Assembly (NCBI GenBank): GCA_963662615.2
Contig: CAXXSR010000001.1
Location: 384,001 to 448,000, forward strand
Direction: 5' to 3'
DNA length: 64,000 bases
Origin: Dehalococcoidia bacterium
GTDB lineage: Bacteria; Chloroflexota; Dehalococcoidia; Bin125
Shown here piece after piece: positions 8,910-18,837 of this stretch (positions are counted from its first letter, which is position 1; each line of letters begins with the position of its first letter). The notes below the pieces were generated by a model that searched no databases, had not been told where the DNA came from, and saw nothing but the letters and a program-made list of their open reading frames with translations. The position numbers and the translations under genes are program-made.

Positions 8910-10127
8910 ATGAATCGAAAGCAGATAGGGGCGGTGCTGGCAGTGGCGGTGCTGGCAGTGGCGGCCCTGGTGGCAGCAGGCTCGGGTAGCGCCGTTGTCG
9001 GCGTGGGCTGGGGAGGCGAGTCGAGCGCGGGCCGAGGCTCCGAGAGCGTGGGGACGGCGATCCTCGCAGACGCCGTGCCTGGGACGGCCGATCCCGGAAC
9101 GCGCGAGGCCGGCTCTGCGGGCATCCCCGTCTCGCCCGGCCCTGGACCGCACGCCGCTGTTCCCGCCGGCGCCGCAACGACCCACGTCACCGGAGGCAGC
9201 GACGCCGTCGCAGTCGAGTTGCGTGCAGGCTTCAATCTCGTGAGCTGGCTGGGCGGAGACGCCGTGGCCGTGACGGAAGCGGTCGCGGCGCTCGGCGACT
9301 CGCTGGAAGCGCTGTTCTTGTGGGACGCGGAAGCGCAAGCGTTCCTGACCTACGCGCCGTCCCTCCCGGCGGCGCTCAATACGGCCGAGACGCTGAGCTT
9401 CGGCGATGCCGTGTGGATCAGGGTCAACGAGCCGGTCACCTGGTTATCCGTTGCGCCGGCGCTGAGCTGCGCGTCACCCCTTGCGGCCGGCACGATCCCG
9501 TTCGAGGACGCGGAGGTCTTCATTGAGTTCAACTCGACCGACGAGGATGTCGGTTTCCATGGCACCTTCGACTTTGGCGGTTGGACGACCGCCGTCATCT
9601 GCGGTCCCGACGGCGCCCCACTCGTGACCGTCCGCGCCGACGGTGGAACCGAACGGCACGGCTTGTCTGAATTGTTCTTCGAGGGAGCCGAACCGCCCCT
9701 CGACGTCCAGTCGCTGGACGAGTTCCTGGCGCGGTTCCCGGCCGGCGATTACCTCGTGCTCGGCGAGACGGTTGACGGCGACGCGCTCCAGAGCGAGGTC
9801 ACCTTCACGCACGACATCCCTGCCGCGCCCGTCATCCTCTCCCCGGCTGAGGAGGAGGAACTGGCGCTTGACGCGGTTGTGATCGCCTGGGAGCCGGTGA
9901 CGGGCGTGGAGATCGACAGTTATGAGGTCTTCGTCGCGCCCGCCGAGGGCGAAGGAGAGCCGGCACTCGACATCGATCTGGAGCTCACGCTTCCGCCGAG
10001 TGTCACGCAGGTTCGGATCCCGGCGGAGCTGCTGGCGCCAGGCACCGTCTACGAGTTCGAGGTGTTGGCCGTGGAGGAGAGTGGAAACAAGACCATCTCC
10101 GCAGGGGAGTTCGTCACTGCGCCCTAG
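8910..10127 (+). CDS. Secreted protein with recurrent GFNL module and C-terminal beta-sandwich/FN3-like domain
   Basis: Signal peptide; module ~9213-9426; EFNSTDED...LSELFFEGAEP...YEFEVLAVEESGNKT. Confidence 0.75.
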   Translation: MNRKQIGAVLAVAVLAVAALVAAGSGSAVVGVGWGGESSAGRGSESVGTAILADAVPGTADPGTREAGSAGIPVSPGPGPHAAVPAGAATTHVTGGSDAVAVELRAGFNLVSWLGGDAVAVTEAVAALGDSLEALFLWDAEAQAFLTYAPSLPAALNTAETLSFGDAVWIRVNEPVTWLSVAPALSCASPLAAGTIPFEDAEVFIEFNSTDEDVGFHGTFDFGGWTTAVICGPDGAPLVTVRADGGTERHGLSELFFEGAEPPLDVQSLDEFLARFPAGDYLVLGETVDGDALQSEVTFTHDIPAAPVILSPAEEEELALDAVVIAWEPVTGVEIDSYEVFVAPAEGEGEPALDIDLELTLPPSVTQVRIPAELLAPGTVYEFEVLAVEESGNKTISAGEFVTAP

Positions 10128-10168
10128 CCCTGACGCTGGTGCAGCGGCTGGATTCCTGCCGCTTTGAC

Positions 10169-10300
10169 TGACCCGGCCCCCAAGAACTGATCCACCCAGA
10201 CGGCGAGGAGTTCGGGGATCGGGAAGGGAGCAGGCGGGGCACGCAAGCGGTACACGGCCGAGGAGATCACCAGCAACCGCCGCCGACGCCCGAGTCGGTG
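10169..10300 (+). mobile_element. Degenerate IS3-family left-end remnant
   Basis: TGACCCGGCCCCCAAGAACTGATCCA resembles an IS3/IS407-group end, followed by a decayed OrfA start (ARKRYTAEEITS). Confidence 0.5.
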
Positions 10301-10353
10301 ATCGCGGGCAGCGAGGGAAGCCGCGATCGCCTCGCATCGACAGCATTTCCGCC

Positions 10354-10427
10354 GGATTCCCTCAGTGGTTGGGGCGGCTCCGCCGTCGGCCCGAGGCGCT
10401 GACGGGCCGAGCGGTTTTCCAGACCGC
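10354..10427 (-). repeat. Isolated tRNA-Ser-derived fragment related to the 13230-13639 array
   Basis: GGATTCCCTCAGTGGTTGGGGCGGCTCCGCCG shared with the array, plus variable-arm and anticodon-arm-like sequence GCGGTTTTCCAGACCGC. Confidence 0.8.
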
Positions 10428-10896
10428 TCTCCCCCATGCCGCTGTGTCTTGCTGCGTGCCGCGCCGTCCCATTCCCATCTGGTCCAGAGGGGCCCGCAAC
10501 CCGTGCAGTGCCGCCGCGTCGCGGGGAGTGCCGATCAGTTGATCGGCAATTGATCGGCAATTCAGCATGGCGGCACTTCGCAGGCGGGCGCGTACGGCGC
10601 CGCGGAGCCACCACAGCCGACGACGCCGAGCCGATCTCTCTCGGGATTTTCCCGATGGAGTCGCATGAGCTGATCGCGCACGATTGTGGGGCGGGAAACG
10701 CCAGGAAAGCCGGCCGGCGAGCGTCTCTCGTAGGGACGGATCGCAGAGCCAAGCCGACGGCTGGCTCAGCACGAATGGCGGCGCGCCGTAGCGCGGCCTC
10801 TTGCAGCCTCACGAAGAATGCGCAGGGACTATGACGCTTACGTCGACAAGTGAGCGGGCAAGTGGCCCCGGCGCTGGGAATCGTGCAATCGCGGTG

Positions 10897-13056
10897 ATGA
10901 AACTCGCCCTCGTCGTTGGAATAGGGCTCACCGTTACCGTGGTTCTCGCCGCATGCGGCGGCGATGGCGGCGCCGAGACCGTCGCCGCGCGGCCAGCGGG
11001 AGTCACAGCCGAGCAGCCGCAAGCGCCGGATGAGCGCGCGGGGGACGACGCAAGTGCGGTTCAGGACGCGTCTCCCGAGGCACGAGCACTGCCACCCGAG
11101 ACGGACTCGACCGCGCCCCTCCAGCTGTCCCCAGAGATGATCTTTTCTGAAGTCTCGCCGTCGATCGCGTTCATTGAGACGCCCAGCGGCACGGGAAGCG
11201 GCATCCTCATTGGAGACGGTCAGATCGTGACCAACGCACACGTCGTGTGGCCGTTCGATCACGTCCGCGTGTTTTTTCCCAATGGGGAGGATTTCCCAAC
11301 TGCGCGGGTCACCGGCCTCGATCTGATGGCGGACATCGCGACGATTGAGGTGTCCCCGAGCGCGGAGCTGCAACCCCTTGCTATCGGATCGCCCGACGAA
11401 TTGGCGATCGGCTCGCAGCTGCTCCTTATCGGCTATCCAGGGGAGACCGAACTGAATCCTCGGCCCACCATCACGACCGGCGTGTTGTCACGCTTTCGCA
11501 GGTGGGAAGATCTGGATCTGACGTACGTGCAAACCGACGCTGCGATCGCAGGAGGGCAAAGTGGAGGAGCGCTTGTGTCCCCAACAGGGGAAGTCGTCGG
11601 CATGTCTACGTTTGCGTTTGCCGGTGGCACATTCGCCCTCTCAACATCCATGCCGGATGTCCTCCGCAGAGTCCAAGATCTCGATCGCGGTGTCGATGTC
11701 GCTGAGCTTGGGGATCGACGCTTTCGCCTGGGCGAAAGCGGAACGGCAATAACGGTCGAACTCGCGCACTACTTCGACCAACGCACGTTCGTCCTGGAAG
11801 CGTCACCAGGGTCAACGACTACGGTCAGCGTTGAGAGCCTCAACGACGCGTGGATAGCAGTAGATCTGGTAGGCGGGTTTAACGTGGCGACCGTTGACGA
11901 GACGACGTCAGGGACTGAACAGATCGAAGTCCTCGTGGAGTTCGCTGAGCCGTATCTGATCACGATCGGCCAGAACAGCGTCTCCCCCGCAGAGATCGCG
12001 CTCACATCCGACAGACCGCTCGCTGCGCTGCGCGATCCCGACGACGGCTTGCTGCTTCGTCCAGGCACTGTCGTGCGGGGAAATCTCGAACATCCCTGGG
12101 ATGTGGACTACTTCTTTATCGATCTTGCCGCCGGCCAAGAGCTCACCGCGACAGTCGATACAGCGAATTTCGACCCAATCGCCGTCATCGATCTTCCGAG
12201 TAATGTAAGTGAGAGATTCCTGGCCGCGGACGATGACAGCGGTGGTGGCCTTTTTGGCTTGAACGCGCGGGTGGCTTACACCGTTTCGGCGCCGGGAAGA
12301 TACGTCCTGACCGTGGAAGATGTGGAGAAGCTTTCCAATGGGGGCTACATCCTCACGATCGAAGTGGAGTCGCAGCGGGCGGGACCGTCGAGGCCGTCTG
12401 GTGAACGGATCCGCGTTTTCGACCTGCGTGCCGGCGACTGTTTCAACACGCAGAACCGGCCCCTCCTAATATCCGGCGACGTTTACAGGGTGCATGTCAC
12501 TTCATGTGCTGGGGAGTGGCAAGCGCAAGTCCTCGATATCTTCACGGTTTCTCTCACGGGTTCGTACCCGGCGGAGGCGTACTTCGATGAACAGGTCCTG
12601 GAGCACTGCGCGACCGGGACCACCTTCTGGCTCATCCCGACCGTGGAGAGTTGGTCCGCTGGTGATCGAGCGGTCACGTGCATTCTTGAGGCCGACGCCT
12701 TCTTTGCTCCCGAGCCTGGTCAATGCGTTGCCACGGGCGATCTGGGCGGCGTGCTGCCGGAGGATGTCGTCACGTGCTCCAATCCCCACTTCGCCGAGGT
12801 GTTCCACACATTTGATCATCCCGGATCGAGTTACCCGGGTGATGCAGCTATGCGGGACCTGGCGACCAGAGAGTGCTTGAGTGCGTTTAACGGCTACGTC
12901 GGAATCGACTACGAGAACTCAGTGTTTTACGAGTACGATCTTTCCCCGACGGCCGCTACCTGGAAATTGGCGGGAGATCGCACCATCGTCTGCTATTTGG
13001 GCTCAGACAATCTCGATGAGCTGCTCGTCGGGGGGGCGCGAGGATCCAACCGGTAA
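10897..13056 (+). CDS. Lipoprotein: trypsin-like (S1C) serine protease with PPC-like and two septum-formation-like domains
   Basis: LAAC lipobox; TNAHVV, ADIA, GGQSGG triad; DDDSGGG..NAR (PPC); AGDCFN...PT.ESW..GDR...C repeated twice. Confidence 0.85.
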   Translation: MKLALVVGIGLTVTVVLAACGGDGGAETVAARPAGVTAEQPQAPDERAGDDASAVQDASPEARALPPETDSTAPLQLSPEMIFSEVSPSIAFIETPSGTGSGILIGDGQIVTNAHVVWPFDHVRVFFPNGEDFPTARVTGLDLMADIATIEVSPSAELQPLAIGSPDELAIGSQLLLIGYPGETELNPRPTITTGVLSRFRRWEDLDLTYVQTDAAIAGGQSGGALVSPTGEVVGMSTFAFAGGTFALSTSMPDVLRRVQDLDRGVDVAELGDRRFRLGESGTAITVELAHYFDQRTFVLEASPGSTTTVSVESLNDAWIAVDLVGGFNVATVDETTSGTEQIEVLVEFAEPYLITIGQNSVSPAEIALTSDRPLAALRDPDDGLLLRPGTVVRGNLEHPWDVDYFFIDLAAGQELTATVDTANFDPIAVIDLPSNVSERFLAADDDSGGGLFGLNARVAYTVSAPGRYVLTVEDVEKLSNGGYILTIEVESQRAGPSRPSGERIRVFDLRAGDCFNTQNRPLLISGDVYRVHVTSCAGEWQAQVLDIFTVSLTGSYPAEAYFDEQVLEHCATGTTFWLIPTVESWSAGDRAVTCILEADAFFAPEPGQCVATGDLGGVLPEDVVTCSNPHFAEVFHTFDHPGSSYPGDAAMRDLATRECLSAFNGYVGIDYENSVFYEYDLSPTAATWKLAGDRTIVCYLGSDNLDELLVGGARGSNR

Positions 13057-13229
13057 GTTCTTTGAGGGTGGCCGGATCATGCGCGTGGGCGAGAGAGGCT
13101 GTCAAGAGACGAGAAAGGTCTGGGGCGTCGAGGGCCGCGCGGAAGCCGCATGAGGAAGTTGCAGGAGGTGGGACCCAGGGCAGATTGACGGTCAGCTAGG
13201 TACCGTCGGCGCAGTCGGCCGCGGCGATG

Positions 13230-13639
13230 TGGTGGAGGGGGAGGGATTCCCTCTGTGGTGGGGGCGGCTCCGCCGCAGGCCCGGGGCCCCTGCGGACCGA
13301 GCGCCATTCCGAAAGAAGCAGCCAAGAGCGCCGCGAGCGGCGGCCCGAGGCGCCGGAGTCGTGAGTTGGCGGAGGGGGTGGGATTCCCTCAGTGGTTGGG
13401 GCGGCTCCGCCGCAGGCCCGAGACCCTGACGGGCCAAGCCCATTCCGAAAGAAGCAGCCAAGAGCGCCGCGAAGGGCGGCCCGAGGCGCAGGAGTCGTGG
13501 GCTGGCGGAGGGGGTGGGATTCCCTCAGTGGTTGGGGCGGCTCCGCCGCAGGCCCGAGACCCTGACGGGCCAAGCGCCATTCCGAAAGAAGCAGCCAAGA
13601 GCGCCGCGAGCGGCGGCCCGAGGCGCAGGAGTCGTGGGC
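13230..13639 (-). repeat. Three tandem ~137-bp tRNA-Ser-linked units, each ending like the tRNA 3' end
   Basis: Units at 13230-13366, 13367-13502, 13503-13639; plus strand begins TGG(C/T)GGAGGGGG(T/A)GGGATTC. Confidence 0.92.
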
Positions 13640-13729
13640 TGGCGGAGGGGGTGGGATTCGAACCCACGAGACCCTGACGGGCCTAGCGGTTTTCAAGACC
13701 GCCGCATTCAACCACTCTGCCACCCCTCC
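13640..13729 (-). tRNA. tRNA-Ser(TGA)
   Basis: Reverse complement GGAGGGGTGGCAGAGTGGTTGAATGCGGCGGTCTTGAAAACCGCTAGGCCCGTCAGGGTCTCGTGGGTTCGAATCCCACCCCCTCCGCCA; long variable arm, encoded CCA. Confidence 0.97.
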
Positions 13730-13870
13730 AACGATTTATTCTCTCGGATTGACCATTCTCCCGGACTGGCCATTCTCCAGCATTGGCAATTGTCCGGCAT
13801 TCGCGCCCGATGGGGCAGAAGCGGGGGTGCGTGCGTGGATCGTGTTGACCCCGGCGCTCGCGGGAAGGGG

Positions 13871-14236
13871 CTAGTGCCCGGGCAGCCTCATCACGCGGTC
13901 CCGTTCGGGCTCGCTTTCGTCGACGGTGCGCCTCCCAGCGTCCTCGACGATGACCGCGCGGAACAGCCGGAGCTGGGGCGGACCCTCGAGGATGCCCGCG
14001 AGCGAGGCCTGGGCATGCCCTTTGACGAACGCTTTGCTCTGTGTCCAGGCGAGGAACGCGTCACGGTCGCGCCAGACGCTATGGCTGATGTACTCCCCGG
14101 CGCTGTCGCTGCGCAGCAGCGCGAACCGCACGAAGCCAGGGACGTCTCGCAAGTACGATTCGCGCTCCTTCCAGATCCGCTCGAAGTCCCCTTCGCGATC
14201 CTTGGCAACGTGGAACTGGTTCATGGCCACGAACAT
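13871..14236 (-). CDS. Antibiotic biosynthesis monooxygenase (IsdG/HmoA-like) protein
   Basis: MFVAMNQF...FE..W..R...VPGF..FALLR...W....AF.AWT.S.AF..GH. Confidence 0.88.
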   Translation of the reverse strand: MFVAMNQFHVAKDREGDFERIWKERESYLRDVPGFVRFALLRSDSAGEYISHSVWRDRDAFLAWTQSKAFVKGHAQASLAGILEGPPQLRLFRAVIVEDAGRRTVDESEPERDRVMRLPGH

Positions 14237-14413
14237 CGGCGCTCCTTCGCTCACTCCAAGCAGCTCTCAAGGCCAATCAAGTCGTCGAATCCAGATCGGC
14301 TGAAGAGGCGAGCATGAGGATAGGGGATTCATGTGGCCCCCGACCGGCGCGGGCGCGGCCGCCTGCGCGAATAGCTTCGCCGCGCCCCAAGACTCTGCCG
14401 CCCAGGCTGCCCG

Positions 14414-14644
14414 CTAATGAGCAGCCAGCACCGCCTGCCGGCTCGCCTGGACAAAACGGCGCAGGGCGATGACCGACCAGATCGCCTCGATCACCGTGAT
14501 GGGATAGACCTCCGCAAGGCCGCTATAGACGGCGGTCGCCACGGATGCGCCAGCGAAGATCAGAATGAACCAGCGAGAGCGGTCCTCCAGCCAATATGCC
14601 GCGACCATGATGGAGACTGCAATGGAGCCGAAGACGGTGAGCAT
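14414..14644 (-). CDS. Small membrane hypothetical protein
   Basis: 76 aa, three hydrophobic segments, EAIWS motif. Confidence 0.7.
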   Translation of the reverse strand: MLTVFGSIAVSIMVAAYWLEDRSRWFILIFAGASVATAVYSGLAEVYPITVIEAIWSVIALRRFVQASRQAVLAAH

Positions 14645-14775
14645 GATACGAGGAGTGTAACCAGGCTCTTTGGCCCCCCGCCTTGGCCCTTATCTGTGGA
14701 GCGGCTCGACCAGAGCGCCTGCGGCAATGAGGGGCCGGCGCGGCGCGGCGGCGCTGCGGCGCTGCGAGACGACGA

Positions 14776-17700
14776 TCAGGGGAGTGCGCACACGTCCTGC
14801 CCGGCTTCGATCTGCTTGATGAGGTTCTCCACGTAGGTCTCCAGCACGTCCGCGACCTCCGCAGGCAATCGGTTGCCGGACTGCCGCTGAATGTATGCCA
14901 CCAGACTCTCAAGTGTCTTCAAGCCGCGCCGAGCATCTCCGTCGACGCAAATCAGGCCCGTAGCATCCGCGGTGAGTCTCAGAATGCCAGCTCGAACTGA
15001 TCCATTCACGTCTCCCAGTGCATCATCGACGAAGGGTACGAAATCCGGCAGGGTGTCGCGGCAGCCGTCGCCATTGGCGTCGAAACCATCCGTAGAGGCC
15101 AGCGGGCAGCGGTCGGCGAGATCCTCCACACCATCGTTGTCGTCGTCCGGGTCAACACAGTCGGCGAGCCCGTCGCCGTCGTTGTCAGGCGACAGGCTGG
15201 TGTTGTCCAGTGGGTCGGAGCCGCACGCCACCTCATCGGCGTCGGACTGACCGTCGTTGTCATCGTCCGGGTCAGCGTTGTTGCCGATGCCATCGGCGTC
15301 GGTGTCGGTGTTCTCATTGGGGTCGAAGGGGAAGGCATCGTTGACGTCTGGGGTGCCGTCGTTGTCGTCGTCCGAATCGCAGACGTCACCGAGGGCGTCG
15401 CCGTCGAAGTTGGCTTGGGTCGGGTTCGGAGTAAGCGGGCAGTTGTCGAATCCGTCGAGCGAGCCGTCGGCATCAACATCCGGGTTGAGGGGGTCAAACC
15501 CGCAGACCGCCGCGCCCCCATCAAGGGGTGGGGGGAACAGGCAGATGCTGTGGGCCACTTCGTAGCCGTCTGGGAGCCCGTCCCCGTCGCTGTCGGGATT
15601 GGTGGGGTCGGTCCCGTGGAGGAAGACCTCATCCCCGTCGGAGAGGCCGTCCATGTCGCTGTCGGGGTTGGTGGGGTCGGTGCCGTGGACGTTGACCTCC
15701 GCGCCGTCGAAGAGGCCGTCGAAGTCCGTATCGGGATCGAAGGGGTCGGTGCCCAGGGCCACCTCCGCGCCGTCCTCCAGACCGTCGGTGTCGGGGTTGA
15801 GGGGGTCGGTCAAGAAGAAGAAGACCTCGTCCCCGTCCTCCAGGCCGTCGCCGTCGGTGTCGGGATTGAAGGGGTCGGTGCCCAGGGCCACCTCTGCGCC
15901 GTCCTCCAGTTCGTCGAAGTCCGTATCGGGATCGAGGGGGTCGGTGCCGAGGGCCACCTCTGCGCCGTCCTCCAGTTCGTCGAAGTCCGTATCGGGATTG
16001 AAGGGGTCGGTGCCGTGAACGTTGAACTCGTCCCCGTCGCTGAGCCCGTCGCCGTCGCTGTCGCTGTCGGGGTTGAACGGATCGGTGTCGTGGACAAAGA
16101 GCTCCGCGTGGTCGCTGAGGCCGTCCCCGTCGGTGTCGCCATTGTTGGGGTCGGTGCCCAGGGCCACTTCCGCGCCGTCGAACAGGCCGTCGTGGTCCGT
16201 ATCGGGATGGAGGGGGTTGGTGCCCAGGGCCACCTCCGCGCCGTCCTCCAGGCCGTCGCCGTCGCTGTCGGGGTTGGTGGGGTCGGTGCCGTGGAGGAAG
16301 AGTTCCTCGCCGTCGCGGAGCCCGTCGCCGTCGCTGTCGGGGTTGCAAGGGTCGGTGCGAAGGCCGAACTCATCGACGTAGAAGAGCAGATCGCTGTCCA
16401 GGTCAGGAAAGGCGGCGTCCGAACTCAGGGGATTCAGGCATGGATGCACCGCCTCATAGCCGTCGGGAACCCCATCGGCGTCCGTGTCTGGGTCGAAAGG
16501 GTCCGTGCCGAAGGCGAACTCACGGCTGTCCGGGAGGCTGTCCCCGTCAGTATCGCTGTCGGGATTGAGGGGGTCCGTGCCGAAGACGAAGAGCTCGTCA
16601 CCGTCGGGGATGCCGTCGAAGTCGGTATCGGGACTGTGGGGGTTCGTGAAGTAGAACGCGAGCTCAGTGAGATCGCTGAGGCCGTCGCCGTCGGTGTCAC
16701 GGTTGAGGGGGTCCGTACCGCGGACGATCTCTTCAGAGTCGATCGAGGCAGGTCCAAAGGGAACAAGGCTGTCGCCGTCGCTGTCGAAGTTGAGCGGATC
16801 GGTGCCGTGGAGGAAGAACTCGTCGCCGTCAGAGAGGCTGTCGCCGTCGCTGTCGGGGTTGCAGGGGTGGGTGCCGAGAAAGAACTCGATCCTGTCGCCA
16901 ATGTCATCGAGATCCGCGTCGGCGGCGCCCGCGTTCGGGAAGAAGGGGTCAAGGCAGGGGTAGAACAGCTCATACGCGTCTGGGAGGCCATCGCCATCCG
17001 TGTCCACGAGCTCATCGCGGTCCGAGATGCCGTCGCCGTCGCTGTCGGGGTTCAGCGGAAGGCTGTCGGGGAAGTCGCCGAAGATGAAAATCTCATCGCC
17101 GTCGAAGAGGCCGTCGCCGTCGCTGTCGCGCTTGAGGGGGTCAGAGCCGAAGAGGACCTCTTGGCCGTCACCCAGGGCAGGCCCGATCCCGGGGGGCCCG
17201 GCGAAGCGAAACAGGACGCCGTCCCCGTCGGTGTCGGGGTTGAGCGGGTCGGTGCCGACAACGTTGACCTCCTCGCCGTCGGGGAGGTCGTCGAAGTCTG
17301 TATCGGGATTGAAGGGGTCGGTGCCGTGGACAAAGAGCTCCGCGTAGTCGCTGAGGTTGTCCCCGTCGGTGTCGCGATTGTTGGGGTCGGTGCCGGCCGC
17401 GGTCTCGCCGATGCCGTCGCTGAGCCCATCCCCGTCGGTGTCGGGATTGAGGGGGTTGGTGCCCAGGGCCACCTCCGCGCCGTCGAAGAGGCCATCGAAG
17501 TCCGTATCGGGGTTGAAGGGGTCGGTGCCCAGGGCCACCTCCGCGCCGTCCTCCAGGCCGTCGAAGTCGGTATCGGGGTTGGTGGGGTCGGTGCCGAAGA
17601 CGACGACTTCCTCGCCGTCGACGAGCGCGTCGAAGTCCGTATCGGGATTGAAGGGGTCGGTGCCGTAGACAGTGACCTCATCGGCGTCGCTGAGGCCGTC

Positions 17701-17805
17701 GCCGTCGGTGTCAACGAGTGCGTGGACGGTGGTGCCAGGGAGCCCTACGAGGAGCAGGGAAAGGATCAACGCCGCGGGAGCAACGAGCCCGAGTTTGATT
17801 CTCAT
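14776..17805 (-). CDS. Secreted Ca-binding repeat (DxDxDG / thrombospondin-type-3-like) surface protein
   Basis: Signal peptide, dozens of GTDP.NPDTD.DGL.DG.E repeats, DNCP...NP.Q...D.D..GD.CD TSP3 motifs. Confidence 0.9.
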   Translation of the reverse strand: MRIKLGLVAPAALILSLLLVGLPGTTVHALVDTDGDGLSDADEVTVYGTDPFNPDTDFDALVDGEEVVVFGTDPTNPDTDFDGLEDGAEVALGTDPFNPDTDFDGLFDGAEVALGTNPLNPDTDGDGLSDGIGETAAGTDPNNRDTDGDNLSDYAELFVHGTDPFNPDTDFDDLPDGEEVNVVGTDPLNPDTDGDGVLFRFAGPPGIGPALGDGQEVLFGSDPLKRDSDGDGLFDGDEIFIFGDFPDSLPLNPDSDGDGISDRDELVDTDGDGLPDAYELFYPCLDPFFPNAGAADADLDDIGDRIEFFLGTHPCNPDSDGDSLSDGDEFFLHGTDPLNFDSDGDSLVPFGPASIDSEEIVRGTDPLNRDTDGDGLSDLTELAFYFTNPHSPDTDFDGIPDGDELFVFGTDPLNPDSDTDGDSLPDSREFAFGTDPFDPDTDADGVPDGYEAVHPCLNPLSSDAAFPDLDSDLLFYVDEFGLRTDPCNPDSDGDGLRDGEELFLHGTDPTNPDSDGDGLEDGAEVALGTNPLHPDTDHDGLFDGAEVALGTDPNNGDTDGDGLSDHAELFVHDTDPFNPDSDSDGDGLSDGDEFNVHGTDPFNPDTDFDELEDGAEVALGTDPLDPDTDFDELEDGAEVALGTDPFNPDTDGDGLEDGDEVFFFLTDPLNPDTDGLEDGAEVALGTDPFDPDTDFDGLFDGAEVNVHGTDPTNPDSDMDGLSDGDEVFLHGTDPTNPDSDGDGLPDGYEVAHSICLFPPPLDGGAAVCGFDPLNPDVDADGSLDGFDNCPLTPNPTQANFDGDALGDVCDSDDDNDGTPDVNDAFPFDPNENTDTDADGIGNNADPDDDNDGQSDADEVACGSDPLDNTSLSPDNDGDGLADCVDPDDDNDGVEDLADRCPLASTDGFDANGDGCRDTLPDFVPFVDDALGDVNGSVRAGILRLTADATGLICVDGDARRGLKTLESLVAYIQRQSGNRLPAEVADVLETYVENLIKQIEAGQDVCALP

Positions 17806-18318
17806 TTCACATCCCCCTGGAAACGGCAATGCGCGGCCCCCGACGCACCTATTGGAGATTGAGGCGTCGGAAGGTAGACTCCCCCAACAAGTTCCACGTG
17901 ACGCAGAGCGGATAAGTTGAACCAGCACCCTGATTCCCAGGGGAGGGATTCGAGGCGCCTACCTACCAAACCTGAGCGCCTGAGGTCATAGATCAGTGGG
18001 GCTACGCCATCGATCTTCCAGCGCTCTGGGGCCGCGACCTCGGTTCCGGTGGCAGCGGGCTGAATAATCGGTCTCGGCCGGCTCAAATGCCGTGTCCAGC
18101 CCATCATCATCCGCGAGCTGCATCAGGCTCTCCTTTGCGCGTTCGCCGGCCTCGGTAGTGGGCCGACTGACGGGTGCCCGCTGCGCTGCCGCCCTGTTGC
18201 GGAGGGCCCTGCATCCCGATAGACAAGGGTTCCGTCCATGTGTGACGACAGCAGGCGGCGCAGCGGTCGGACGATCGGCTGCCGCGCTTGGCGAGGATGC
18301 CGTCCCGCCTGGGCCGAT

Positions 18319-18501
18319 CTATCCCCCTACGCCCAAATCCACATCGCGCACGTCGTAGCAGGACCGGCACAGGAACGCGCCCTCCAACGAGAGGAGAGCG
18401 GCCACCCAGCGCCAGCATCGCTGGCAGAACGTGCGATGTGGAGCGGGCAAAGGTGGCGCAGCCTGGCGCCGGAGTCCGTTGTCCAAGCTGGATTCTGACA
18501 T
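18319..18501 (-). CDS. Putative small zinc-finger protein (60 aa)
   Basis: GGAAGG upstream of ATG; CQRC...CRSC. Confidence 0.4.
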   Translation of the reverse strand: MSESSLDNGLRRQAAPPLPAPHRTFCQRCWRWVAALLSLEGAFLCRSCYDVRDVDLGVGG

Positions 18502-18750
18502 CGGGAGTCCTTCCCTGATGGGGCCTGCGCTGCGCGGCGGAACGCGATCGCTCAGGGTGCGTCCGTGGCAACACGAAACGGAACCCGGCCTCCTGGGGAC
18601 GCCTATTAGACCCGTCAGGGACAGGTGCGTTACGTCCTGAGGACGCCTTCTGTGGCTCACCGGGGCCGCATAACCGCTGCTCCGCCCATGCGCGATGGGG
18701 ACGATGCGATCAGCGGCGGGCGTTGCGACTGGTCGCTTCCAGATAAGAAG

Positions 18751-18764
18751 CGAATACGTGTTCT
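18751..18764. promoter_or_regulatory. Possible LexA (GAAC-N4-GTTC type) box
   Basis: CGAATACGTGTTCT, one mismatch to the core, in an AT-richer intergenic patch. Confidence 0.35.
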
Positions 18765-18837
18765 GATCCAGTAGCCATTGCCGGCAGCGAATCGGAGGGC
18801 CATGGCCGGCGCGCGCAGTCAGAGCAGACCGGCACGC

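Noticed and set aside
13230-13639. CRISPR array
   Set aside because: Whole 137-bp units repeat with no unique spacers, they are tRNA-derived, and no cas genes are present.
15415-17862. 815-aa plus-strand Val/Gly-rich ORF
   Set aside because: Antisense shadow of the Asp-rich repeat gene.
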